A stretch of 64,000 bases of DNA, from the NCBI GenBank assembly GCA_963835065.1, contig CAWIEK010000057.1:32001-96000 (forward strand), read 5' to 3'. Shown here one piece after another: positions 20,484 to 29,947 of this stretch. Numbering within the stretch: the first letter of the stretch is position 1; every line of letters begins with the position of its first letter. The position numbers were made by a program, and so were the translations under genes. The notes under the pieces are model-generated. The model was not told where the DNA came from, searched no databases, and saw only the letters and a program-made list of their open reading frames with translations. This stretch comes from an uncultured Chthonomonadaceae bacterium (GTDB taxonomy: Bacteria > Armatimonadota > Chthonomonadetes > Chthonomonadales > Chthonomonadaceae).

Positions 20484-20851
20484 CCCAAGCCTCCTGTCAA
20501 GCAACCCTGTCAAGCGTAGATACCCGTTGTGCTTCTTCTCAACGCCGAGAAAGCCCGAAGAGATGTTGTTGGTTTCCACAATAGTACACATATCTTCCCG
20601 TTTTTACCAATTAAAATGTACCTTATTTCATAGACAAAATTACCTATTTCTATCTTCCCCACACTATTTACTCCGTATTTTACCTGCTTATTTGTATGAA
20701 TTGGCCTTGCCTATTCCCGACTGCCATTGCCTGCGCCGAAAAATGCCAAATCATGTATAATATAGGTAGCAGTCTTGCGGATTCATCGTCTTACAATAAA
20801 CCGGAGTGGCGAGGAAGCGACGCGGCTGCGGGAAGCACAGGGAAAACTACC

Positions 20852-21517
20852 ATGTCGGTGTTCCTGATACTGATGATTGCCGGATTGTTTGGAATGGCGC
20901 TGCTGGCGATACCCGCGCTCGGGCATCACGGGCATGGGGGCGCGGGTCTGCACGGCCACGCGCTGCCCCACGCAACCCACGCCGCTATCGGACACGCGCA
21001 TGGAACCGGCACAACACTGCCGGCAAACGCGCAGCATGGCGCTCCGCCTGCCGCGCACAATCCCGGCGGCAAATCGGAAGCCGTTGCTAATGCGGCGGGC
21101 GCGGCCCGGTTCATCCCAACGCCGCGCATCGTGTTCAGCATTATCGCCGCGTATGGCGCGTTCGGCTATGCGGGCGTGGCGGCGTTCCACTTAGCGCCCG
21201 CCCTTGTCGCTGTTCTTGCCCTCGTTCCCGCCGTGCTGATGGAGCGCCTTGCCCTGACGCCGCTTTGGAACCTGCTGCTCGGCTTTCAGGGCGAACCCTG
21301 TACGCCCGTTACGCACTTAGTCATGGCCGAAGCCGAAGCCGTGACTCCGTTCCGCAACGGTAAAGGCATCGTGCGCGTCACGCATGACGGGCGCGACGTG
21401 CAGTTCAGCGCGCAACTGACGGGTGAACACGCCAATATGCCCATTCGCGTCGGCGACAAATTGCGGATTGAAGAAGTGGAAGCGGACGGCGAGCGCGTCA
21501 AAGTTTCTGTAGGATAG
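20852..21517 (+). CDS. NfeD-like membrane protein with His-rich loop
   Basis: Three TM segments, His-rich linker, C-terminal OB-fold-like GIVRVTHDG...IRVGDKLRIEEV; near an SPFH gene. Confidence 0.7.
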   Translation: MSVFLILMIAGLFGMALLAIPALGHHGHGGAGLHGHALPHATHAAIGHAHGTGTTLPANAQHGAPPAAHNPGGKSEAVANAAGAARFIPTPRIVFSIIAAYGAFGYAGVAAFHLAPALVAVLALVPAVLMERLALTPLWNLLLGFQGEPCTPVTHLVMAEAEAVTPFRNGKGIVRVTHDGRDVQFSAQLTGEHANMPIRVGDKLRIEEVEADGERVKVSVG

Positions 21518-21519
21518 TG

Positions 21520-21556
21520 AACCGCGAAACACACGAAATAAACGAAAAGAAGACAA
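21520..21556. repeat. Isolated family-A inner arm
   Basis: aaccgcgaaacacacgaaataaacgaaaa immediately after the stop codon. Confidence 0.85.
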
Positions 21557-21739
21557 AAAAGGCAGATAACAACCTGTAAATCAAAGCCGTTGCGGAACGT
21601 TTTATTGCTTCCACGACGGCTTGCTGTCTGAGTAGGCAAAGCAGTATATTGCCGCGCCGATGGCGAATACGTTGTGGAGATTAATTTCGCTTGGATAGAT
21701 ACACTCCCGGCAATTTGCTGCGGGGTGAAAAGGAGAATT

Positions 21740-22861
21740 ATGGCCGGCAAGAAGAACGAACTGACGCGGCGCGAACTTGTGCGAACTGCCGGGTATGGCA
21801 TGGCAGCTGCGGCGCTGGCGCTGCCCGAAATGGCGTTGGGACAGGAAGCGGGCAAGCCTATCGGCGTGGCTCTGGTCGGCGGCGCGCACATCCACACGCC
21901 GCAGTACGTCCGCGCCCTCAAAACGCGCAAGGGCGTGACGGTCAAGAGCGCGTGGGATCACGATCCTGCCCGCGCGCAAAAGCGGGCGCAGGAGTTAGGA
22001 TGCAAACCCGCCGCAGACCTCAAAGAAATCTGGAACGACCCCGACATTGCCGCAGTGGTGATTTGCTCGGAAACCAACCGCCACCACGATCTGGTCATGG
22101 CGGCGGCGCAGGCCAAAAAACACATGTTCGTGGAAAAGCCGCTGGGCATTACGGCCAAAGAAAGTTTTGCGATGGCCGAAGCCATTGAACGCGCGGGCCT
22201 GCTGTTTACGACGGGCTACTTCATGCGCTGCGCTCGCGAACATTTGTTCCTCAAGGAGCAGGTCGAAAAAGGCAGTTTCGGCAAAATCACGCGGGTTCGC
22301 GGCTCCAACTGCCACAACGGCGCATTGGGCGGCTGGTTCGACGGCGAGTACCGCTGGATGGCCGACCCCAAAATCGCGGGCGTGGGCGCCTTTGGCGACC
22401 TGGGCACACATGCGCTCGACATTCTGATGTGGATGCTTGGCCCGGTTGCCACCATCACAGCGGACATCAAGGGCGTTATCAACCGCTATCCCGGCTGTGA
22501 CGAGAGCGGCGAAGCGCTGCTTAAATTTGAAAGCGGCGTGACGGGCACGCTTGCGGCGGGATGGGTGGATACGGACAACCCTGTCACGTTCGAGATTAGC
22601 GGCACGGAAGGCCATGCCGCGATTGTGCAGGGGTTGCTGTATTTCCAGAGCGGCAAGGTTGCCAAAGCGGATGGGCGCGAACCCTGGGGAACGCTGCCGC
22701 CCGCCACGCCCCCGCCCATCACGCAGTTCCTCGACGCGCTGGAAGGCAAGCCGCATGAGCATCTCGTCAAGCCCCATGAAGCAGCTATGCGCGTCGCCGT
22801 CATGGAGGCCGCGTACAAGGGAGCCAAAGCGCAAACGTGGGCCAAAGTGACGCAGGCGTAA
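21740..22861 (+). CDS. Gfo/Idh/MocA oxidoreductase with Tat signal
   Basis: LTRRELV signal; HMFVEKP; GAFGDLGTHALD. Confidence 0.9.
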   Translation: MAGKKNELTRRELVRTAGYGMAAAALALPEMALGQEAGKPIGVALVGGAHIHTPQYVRALKTRKGVTVKSAWDHDPARAQKRAQELGCKPAADLKEIWNDPDIAAVVICSETNRHHDLVMAAAQAKKHMFVEKPLGITAKESFAMAEAIERAGLLFTTGYFMRCAREHLFLKEQVEKGSFGKITRVRGSNCHNGALGGWFDGEYRWMADPKIAGVGAFGDLGTHALDILMWMLGPVATITADIKGVINRYPGCDESGEALLKFESGVTGTLAAGWVDTDNPVTFEISGTEGHAAIVQGLLYFQSGKVAKADGREPWGTLPPATPPPITQFLDALEGKPHEHLVKPHEAAMRVAVMEAAYKGAKAQTWAKVTQA

Positions 22862-22870
22862 ATCAACCCC

Positions 22871-23032
22871 GCCTGTTCCCGCTCGCCCCTGTCCGCGCCG
22901 AAAAATGCTAAATCATGTATAATACAGGTAGCGGCCTTACGGATTCTTCGTCTTACAACACGCAAGCGTGGCGGTGACAAACTGCGGGTTGAGGAAGCGG
23001 GCTGCGAGCGCGTCAGAGTTTCTGTGGGTTGA
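22871..23032 (+). pseudogene. Internally deleted duplicate of the nfeD-like locus (upstream region fused to the last ~20 codons)
   Basis: 22871-22970 matches 20709-20810; 22972-23032 matches 21451-21517. Confidence 0.85.
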
Positions 23033-23033
23033 T

Positions 23034-23184
23034 TTCACCACCAATACGCGAAGAACACCAAGAGAGGCAAAGGAACGAAATTTAAGTTCGATGTGGACTT
23101 GTCTCGTTCCATGCTGTAGGGTGCAGTTTTCTTCTTTGATTTCTCTTCTTTTTTGCTTGGTGTTCTTCGTGTCTTGGTGGTGAA
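23034..23184. repeat. Family-B palindromic element
   Basis: ttcaccaccaatacgcgaagaacaccaag...cttggtgttcttcgtgtcttggtggtgaa. Confidence 0.9.
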
Positions 23185-23218
23185 TACTCTGTGTTGATGA
23201 GTTTCGTGGAGGTGCGCA

Positions 23219-24640
23219 ATGGAACTGATTGTTGTGTTGGGCGCGATATTCGCCCTGTTTGTGTTTACCATAGCGATGGTCACGGCGTTTCTGCGCAGCG
23301 TTCCCGCCGGGCAGATTCTGCTGGTGAAAGGCTGGAGCGGGGCCGGCCTGCATATTTTTCGCGGGCCGACCAAAGCGTTCGTCGTGCCCGTGTTCAACGA
23401 AGTGCGCTCCATACCCGCGCAGGCGATCAATGTAGACATTGAAATCACCGACCAGACGGCGGATGTGGACGCCAACGGCAGGCCCGCGCCCGTCAAAGTC
23501 ACGGTTCGGGCGTCGGCCATCGTCAGCGTGGGCGAAAGCGACGCGATGGTCAATACGGCGGCGAACAAGTTCTTTTCCAAGCCGCCCGGAGATCAGCTTT
23601 CCACGCTGACGGACGTGCTATCGTCTGCGGGACGCCGCGCCATCAACCTGCTTAAGCACGATCAGTTGTTTAACGCCCGCCCCGCGCAGGCCATTGCCCC
23701 GACCGGCAGCGCCCTTGTTGTGCCGCCGGTAGACGCGCTCACCGTCGCGCGCCCCGGCACGGATTTGACGGTGCGCGACGATGACGAACTGGCCGTGATT
23801 ATCAAGGATGCGTGTTCGCGCGAACTGCTGGATTTGGGATTGTCGTTCAACAGTCTGAACATCAAGGCGGTTTTGAGCGAAGTGGCCGAAGCGCGACGCC
23901 GCGAGTCCGCCGCCCGCGCCAAAGCCAGCGCGGATGTGGTGCAGGCGCAGGAAGAACAACGCGCCCGTATCGCGCAATTGGAAGCGCAGCAAAAAGTCAA
24001 CGATCAGGAACGCGCCCTGAACATGCAGATCGCCTCCAACGGCGCGTCCATTGCCCGCGCTGAAGCCGAAAAGCAGGCCGCCTTCCGCGAACAGCGCTCG
24101 GCGGAACTGGCGGCAACCCAGATCACGCAGGCCAACGCGGACGCGCAGCAAAACGTGATTCAGCAGGAAGCGGAAGGCAAAGCGCAGGCCGCGCGCATAC
24201 TCGCCATTGCCGAAGCGGAAGCCGCTGCGATTCGCATGAAAGCCGAAGCGCTGTCGCAAGTCGGCGGCGCGTACCTTGATCTGCGGCGTCTGGAAATGGC
24301 CCCGGCCCTGACCCGCGAAGTCGCCAACGCCCTTGCCAACGGGCAATTTGTCAACTTCGGCACATCAGGTGATGGCGGTCACAGTGCCGCCGCGTCCGGT
24401 TCCGATGACGTGATGCGCGTGGTGCAAACCCTGATGGCCGCGCAGGTCGTCACGGGCGGCAACGGCATGAACGGCAACAATAACAACGGCGGTAACGGCA
24501 ACGGCAACGGTAACGGTGTACGGCGCGAAATGCTTCCCGCCATCCCCGTAACCACCACAATGGATGTCGAAGCGCCCATTGTGACCCGCCCGACGGTGGC
24601 GCAAAACCCGCCGCCGCGCCCACCGCAAACACGCAGATAA
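23219..24640 (+). CDS. SPFH / flotillin-like membrane protein
   Basis: N-terminal TM, SPFH-like domain, AEA-rich coiled coil (AEAEAAAIRMKAEAL); GGAGG RBS. Confidence 0.8.
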   Translation: MELIVVLGAIFALFVFTIAMVTAFLRSVPAGQILLVKGWSGAGLHIFRGPTKAFVVPVFNEVRSIPAQAINVDIEITDQTADVDANGRPAPVKVTVRASAIVSVGESDAMVNTAANKFFSKPPGDQLSTLTDVLSSAGRRAINLLKHDQLFNARPAQAIAPTGSALVVPPVDALTVARPGTDLTVRDDDELAVIIKDACSRELLDLGLSFNSLNIKAVLSEVAEARRRESAARAKASADVVQAQEEQRARIAQLEAQQKVNDQERALNMQIASNGASIARAEAEKQAAFREQRSAELAATQITQANADAQQNVIQQEAEGKAQAARILAIAEAEAAAIRMKAEALSQVGGAYLDLRRLEMAPALTREVANALANGQFVNFGTSGDGGHSAAASGSDDVMRVVQTLMAAQVVTGGNGMNGNNNNGGNGNGNGNGVRREMLPAIPVTTTMDVEAPIVTRPTVAQNPPPRPPQTRR

Positions 24641-24923
24641 AGGAAGAAAAGGAGAAAAGAAGAAAAGGAGAAAAGGAGAGGGAAACCGCGAAAAACGCGA
24701 AACAAACAAAAACAGAACAATTAAAGAAATAGACAGGATTAATGGGATTAGAAGGATTAAACAGGATTATGAACCGAGAAGAGAAGCCTGTTTGTTCTAA
24801 ATATGCGGCGGCAACTGCAAATTTGCCCCTGTTCTTTTCGTATTTTTTCGTTTATTTCGTGTGTTTCGCGGTTCCCCATCTCCTTTTCTCCTTTTCTTCT
24901 TTTCTTCTCTCTTCTTCTCTCCA
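24640..24923. repeat. Family-A palindromic element lacking the outermost arms
   Basis: AG-rich arm, aaccgcgaaa, (caggattaa)-like 9-mers, tttcgcggtt, CT-rich arm. Confidence 0.88.
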
Positions 24924-24936
24924 TAGTTGAGATACG

Positions 24937-26041
24937 ATGATGAAGTCTTTGATTGGGTTGACAACTGAGGAATTGGGAGTGGCGGCGCAGGACGCGGGAC
25001 AGGCCGCGTACCGGGGCAAGCAGATCGCCACTTGGATTTACAAGCGCGGGGCGGAGTCGCTGGACGCCATGAGCGATTTGCCGCGCGAGTTTCGGGCGCG
25101 TCTGGCGGATACCTATAAGGTTGGCCTGCCCGATGTGGCGCATAAAGAAGTATCGGCGGACGAAACGGTCAAGTATCTGATGCGGCAATCCGACGGTTTG
25201 ACAATTGAAAGCGTGTTTTTGCCCTACCCGGAGCGTGTTTCGGTTTGCCTGTCCACGCAGATCGGCTGTGCCGCCGGGTGTACATTTTGCGCCACCGCGC
25301 AGGGCGGATTGGCGCGGAATTTGATCAACCGGCGAAATCGTCGGGCAGTTTTTGCGGATGCAGAAGGAAAGCGAGCGGCGTATTTCCCATGCCGTGTATA
25401 TGGGCATGGGGGAGCCGTTGTGGAACTACGACAACGTAATCAAGAGTTTGAAAGTGCTTGGTCAGGAAGTGGGCGTGTCGCTGCGGAACCTGACGATCAG
25501 CACGGTTGGCGTGGTTCCCGGCATCCGCGCCTTGGCGCAGGAAAGTTTGCCGATTACCTTAGCCCTATCGCTTCACGCGCCCAACGATGACCTGCGCGCG
25601 CAATTGATTCCGACTGCCCGCAAGTGGAAACTGGACGAGATTTTGGACGCCTGCGGCGAGTACGCACGCAACACGGGGCGTAACCTGACCTTTGAATACC
25701 TGCTCATCGGCGGCGTCAACGACAGGCCGGAACACGCGAGGGAACTGGCAAGCCTGCTGAAAGCCAAAAAACTGCCGGGCAACGTCAACTTGATCCCGTT
25801 CAACTATGTCGAAACCACGCAGGGCTTTCAGCGTCCGACAATAGAAAGCGTAACGCGCTTCCGGCAGGAATTGGAACGCGCCGGACGTATCGCCACGCAG
25901 CGCATGACGCGCGGCCACGCCATCGCCGCCGCCTGCGGCCAATTGCGCCGCAATGTAGAAAAGAACGCCGCACCGAATGACGCGCAGACGTTTATCCCGC
26001 TCCGAGTAATTGAGAACTCTTTGTCGCTGACACCGGGCTGA
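24937..26041 (+). CDS. rlmN: 23S rRNA m2A2503 methyltransferase RlmN (frameshift near 25327)
   Basis: CLSTQIGCAAGCTFC, MGMGEP, SLHAPND, NLIPFN, IAAACGQL. Confidence 0.95.
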
Positions 26042-26074
26042 TGGGCTTCCTTACCGGGCGTCCACTTATGGACA

Positions 26075-26212
26075 CGGCCCCTCTCCTGGCCGCGCAACGC
26101 GCTAGGATATGTTGATTACTCGTATGTCGCACTACTCGCCAGAGCATCTAACGTTACGTACTCCCCTCTCCTAGCGAGGAACGAGCGCCCAGGAGAGGGG
26201 CCGGGGGTGAGG
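26075..26212. repeat. CCCCTCTCC...GGAGAGGGG palindromic repeat pair
   Basis: cccctctcct-18nt-aggagaggggccgggggtgagg (26163-26212) and a degenerate inverted copy ggcccctctcctgg...gctagga (26076-26107). Confidence 0.75.
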
Positions 26213-26213
26213 T

Positions 26214-27005
26214 ATGTCGCTCACGCTGGAATTGCCGCCGGAAGTGGAAACGCGCCTTGTGGAAGAAGCCGCGCGGCGTGGCCTGCCTGTCTCCGAAATT
26301 GTGTCTTTGCTGGTGCAGGGGTATTTTTGGCCTGCCGAGTCGTCTCTGATAACAGAGTGGTATCGTCAGGAAAGCAGGCGCGGTTTGTTCGCAATACGGC
26401 AGAAACAGGCCGAGATTGAACAGCGAGAGCGCCTGGTTGAAGCGCTGACAAAGCAAAAGAATATAGAATCACAAATCGCGCATGAAGAACGCGCTATTAT
26501 TCGCTGTGAACGTGAAGCGGTTCTCGCGGCGCAGAAGGAAGAACGCGCGGACGCGCTGAAAGCCTATCAGACAAAAGTGCTGCATGAACAACGGCGCAAC
26601 GAACTCAAACTGAACCTACCGGACGCCGCAGCCATCACGGAAAAATTGAGCGCGGAACTTCGAGACCGGGGCACAAACGTATTGAGCAATGTGGTTGAGC
26701 AAACGCGCATGAGACTTCAGCGCAATCGCGCCGACATTTTGCTCGGTAAGCCTGCTTGTCAGCATATTGTAGAGTATGAATTGGAAGCCCGAATCCGCAA
26801 GTATGCTTCTGAAGCCGTATGGAACGCGCAGTATGCGGAGTGGATTGCGGCGCATGGGGATACCGTTCCCGACGAAGCGCCGTCTGAAATTGAAGTGATG
26901 CAGCAGGTCGGGGAACAAAACCAGCAGCTTTTGAACAAGCAGATTCAGCGCCTTGAAGAACTGCTGAACGCGGCAAAGCCCTCGGAACAGGAACCATCCG
27001 AATAG
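26214..27005 (+). CDS. Coiled-coil protein: antitoxin-like N-terminus plus PspA/IM30-like region
   Basis: MSLTLELPPEVETRLVEEAARRG; EALTKQKNIESQI...EREAVLAAQKEERADALKA. Confidence 0.5.
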   Translation: MSLTLELPPEVETRLVEEAARRGLPVSEIVSLLVQGYFWPAESSLITEWYRQESRRGLFAIRQKQAEIEQRERLVEALTKQKNIESQIAHEERAIIRCEREAVLAAQKEERADALKAYQTKVLHEQRRNELKLNLPDAAAITEKLSAELRDRGTNVLSNVVEQTRMRLQRNRADILLGKPACQHIVEYELEARIRKYASEAVWNAQYAEWIAAHGDTVPDEAPSEIEVMQQVGEQNQQLLNKQIQRLEELLNAAKPSEQEPSE

Positions 27006-27028
27006 AAGTTTTCACACACAAACGCATA

Positions 27029-27668
27029 GTGGCTGGCCTTGCCTTGAGTTTGCTTTGCCTGAGCGGGTGCGGCAAACACACAAAAGGACAGGTTCCGAAC
27101 GCGCAGGGCAACGCGGACGCGGCGAAGCAGAATGGAACCAGCAAGGCAGAAGAAGCGAAAGCAACAGAACTGCCGGGAGCCGTGCGCGGAACCGGCTGGC
27201 ACATCCCCTGGTACGCGCCCGATCCCAAACATCCCGATAGGCCGCAACAGCGCATATTGGTCGCGGACGCGAAAGCAGGCGCGATGGACAGCGACAATGA
27301 TGTTGCCACCGCGCGCTTGCAGGATGTGCAGGCCACGCTGTACCACGACGGCAAGCCGTCCGCAACCCTGACCGCGCCGCATGTCACCACGAATGAGCAT
27401 GACCGCGTGATTGTGGCTACGGGCGGCGTGACGATTCATTCGCTTATCAGTCCGCCCAGCAAGCGCGCGCATTCTGCCGTTCCTCCCAATTCGACGGTGA
27501 CTGCGGATAAAATGGTATGGGACTCTGCATACGACGAAAGTAGTCTGCACCGGCCATGCCCGACTTGTCAGCAAGCAGCCCGGTTCGTCCGCCCTTGAAA
27601 GTTACTCGGAAAAGATCATCTATGACACGGAAACCGGCGATGTGGATTTCCGCTACAACACGCGCTGA
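27029..27668 (+). CDS. lptC: LptC-like lipoprotein (frameshift near 27522)
   Basis: Lipobox LSGC; ATLTAP...IVATGGVTI...VTADKMVWD jellyroll pattern; shifted frame continues KVVCTGHARL...YDTETG to TGA at 27668; first gene of the lpt operon. Confidence 0.6.
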
Positions 27669-27676
27669 CGCTGAAA

Positions 27677-27706
27677 AGTTGATAGTTTGTAGTTGATAGT
27701 TGATAG
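27677..27706. repeat. Unpaired (AGTTGAT)n heptamer arm
   Basis: agttgatagtttgtagttgatagttgatag after the lptC stop. Confidence 0.8.
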
Positions 27707-27795
27707 GAATACAGGCACAGCGAACTTGCCGCGCTTTTTCGCTTAGTGGCTTAAAAAGTCTTGTTTTGTCGTTTCGCGCCCCGGAAAGTAATTTT

Positions 27796-29811
27796 ATGAG
27801 ATCGCTTGCTTTGCAACGTTATAGCGCCGCTTTGCTGCTCACGGCTTTGTGCGCCTGCCCGCCCTACGCCGCGCCACAGGGCAATGCCAGTCAGCCCGCG
27901 CCTGTCAACGCCACCGGCAAGCCCCAAAAGCCATCCAAGCCCGCGCCGAAAACGTCTGCCGCAGAGTCAGTGCAGGGCTTGAAAATCGGGGAAGATGTTG
28001 CCATTACTCACATGCGCGGAATGCACATCGGGCAGAAAGAAGGCGAGGTTATCTTTGCAGGCCCGGATGTTCATCTGGAAAGCGTCAACAAAGCAAAGGG
28101 TACGCATATTGATGTGATTGCCAATCACGCCATCGGAGTCAGACGCCCCAACCACCACGATACGGCAGACCTGACCGGCAATGTGCGCTACACGATCACG
28201 GAGAAAACGCCAGATGGTACGCGCATCGTGCAGGGAACGGCGCAGCGCGCTTACTATACGGAAGCGAACAAGGGACTGCAGCTGCTCGGCGGCGTCAACG
28301 CTACGCTGACCGACCCCCTCCACTTTGACGGCCCGGCAACCCTGCGCGTCGCCACCCTGAACATGCCGGAGGAAGGGCACATTGAACTGACGGGCGATCC
28401 GAGTACAACGGATGCGCGCTTTACGCCCCACATTCCCACCCCCGCCGAAGCAGCCAAGCCGAAAAAGCCTGCCGAAAACGCGACTGCCGCCAATCTGAAA
28501 ACCAAGCGCAAAGCAATTCCGGCTGTCGGCACGGTGCATGTCACCGGCTTCCGCACGGGGCATGTCAACCAGAATCAAGACGCGGCTTTTGAAGGCCCGC
28601 TTGTCACGGTTGAAACCAACAACGCGCAGACCAAAGCGCAAAACACGTTCAAAGCGCCGCGTATTACGGCGGGTTTGGAAAAACTCAAGCGAAGCATCAA
28701 CGCGCAGGGCGGCATTCAGTTCGACAGCCGCGCTGTGGACGCCCAACACAACCCGCAGCGTTTGGAAGGAACCGCAGCAACGGCTTCCTGGAACGAAGAA
28801 AACGCCACATTGGAGGTGGACGGCAATATCATCGCCACACTGACCAATCCCGTTGCCCTGCTGGAACCCGCCACGCTGACCGCCGGACATCTCACCGCCA
28901 CATTAAGCGACACCCCTCGCTACGTCGTCACCGGGACACCCGAACGCACCCGCTTTGCCTTTGCTCCACGTCCGGCAGCAAAGAAGGGAAAAGGGAAAAG
29001 GGAAAAGGGAAAAGAAGCCGTCGCCGCGAATCCGCAAACTGTGCCTGTAACGCCCAATACGCCGAACAATAGCGCAACGCCCGCTCCTGCTACTGCGCCC
29101 GACAAGCCCACAGCGCAGGGAACAATAACTCAGGGAACAGGGAACAGGGAACAGGGAACAGAGGGGAAGAGGGAAGAGTCGCCAGAATTAGAGCCACCCG
29201 ACCTTGACCAATCCGGCCCAACACCCAACACCCAACACCCAACACCCACTTCCCTGTTCGCCTTCGGCAACATCGTTGTATCGGGGTTTCAGACGGCGAC
29301 CTATGAACCGGGCAGTACGATTACGGTGGCGGGACCGAAGGTGCATTTCACGTCCACAAATGGCAAGACAAAAGACTTTGCCGAGATGTTCGCGCCCAAT
29401 CTATCCGCCGAGTTCGACGACGATAACAATATTGTGTCTACCAAAGCGTCCGGCGGCGTGACCTACAAGTTCGAGCAGCCCATCAAAGGGCGCAAGGAAA
29501 CGCGGTGGATGGAGGGCGATGGGCGCAATGTGGTGTTCACCAACACAGAAGATTCCCGCATGGTGCAAGTGGAAGGGATCAGCCGTTTGGACTACTACAA
29601 CATCATCGCGTTTCCCGATGTGCTACACAGCCGCTATCTCAACAAAGACGGTCAGATAACTTACAATCTGGCAAACGGGGATTTCGATGATAAAAGCCCG
29701 TCAACGCAGGTCAACGTTAATTTTTCCTTGTACGCGCCGCCGCCCAAGCCCGCTCTGCCTGCGAACGCGAAGAAGTCTAATGGAAAGCGCAAGGAAGGCA
29801 TTAGGCATTAG
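27796..29811 (+). CDS. Long LptA/OstA-like periplasmic beta-jellyroll protein with heptamer-derived inserts
   Basis: Signal peptide; three similar beta-rich modules (ADLTGNVRY/NAQGGIQF/KASGGVTY); located between lptC and lptB. Confidence 0.6.
   Translation: MRSLALQRYSAALLLTALCACPPYAAPQGNASQPAPVNATGKPQKPSKPAPKTSAAESVQGLKIGEDVAITHMRGMHIGQKEGEVIFAGPDVHLESVNKAKGTHIDVIANHAIGVRRPNHHDTADLTGNVRYTITEKTPDGTRIVQGTAQRAYYTEANKGLQLLGGVNATLTDPLHFDGPATLRVATLNMPEEGHIELTGDPSTTDARFTPHIPTPAEAAKPKKPAENATAANLKTKRKAIPAVGTVHVTGFRTGHVNQNQDAAFEGPLVTVETNNAQTKAQNTFKAPRITAGLEKLKRSINAQGGIQFDSRAVDAQHNPQRLEGTAATASWNEENATLEVDGNIIATLTNPVALLEPATLTAGHLTATLSDTPRYVVTGTPERTRFAFAPRPAAKKGKGKREKGKEAVAANPQTVPVTPNTPNNSATPAPATAPDKPTAQGTITQGTGNREQGTEGKREESPELEPPDLDQSGPTPNTQHPTPTSLFAFGNIVVSGFQTATYEPGSTITVAGPKVHFTSTNGKTKDFAEMFAPNLSAEFDDDNNIVSTKASGGVTYKFEQPIKGRKETRWMEGDGRNVVFTNTEDSRMVQVEGISRLDYYNIIAFPDVLHSRYLNKDGQITYNLANGDFDDKSPSTQVNVNFSLYAPPPKPALPANAKKSNGKRKEGIRH
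28986..29247. repeat. In-frame heptamer arrays (GGGAAAA)4, (CAGGGAA)4, (AACACCC)4
   Basis: Translate as GKGKREKGKE, QGTGNREQGT, PTPNTQHPTP. Confidence 0.95.
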
Positions 29812-29947
29812 ATATTAGATGTTAGATATTAGGCAGAAGATAGAAGGCAGAAGGCAGAAGGCAGAAGCCCAATACCTAACACCCGAATACCTGAACACCT
29901 GAACACCCTAAAACCTTAGAATAAAACCCTAAAACCCTAACCCAACC
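29797..29947. repeat. Composite heptamer junction element (ATTAGGC/ATTAGAT/AGAAGGC ... AAYACCY/TAAAACCC)
   Basis: Fills the whole lptA-lptB junction and supplies the lptA stop codon. Confidence 0.9.

Noticed and set aside
29905..29947. Telomere-like TAAAACCC/TAACCC repeats
   Set aside because: Only a few degenerate units, forming part of the composite junction element in a bacterial operon.
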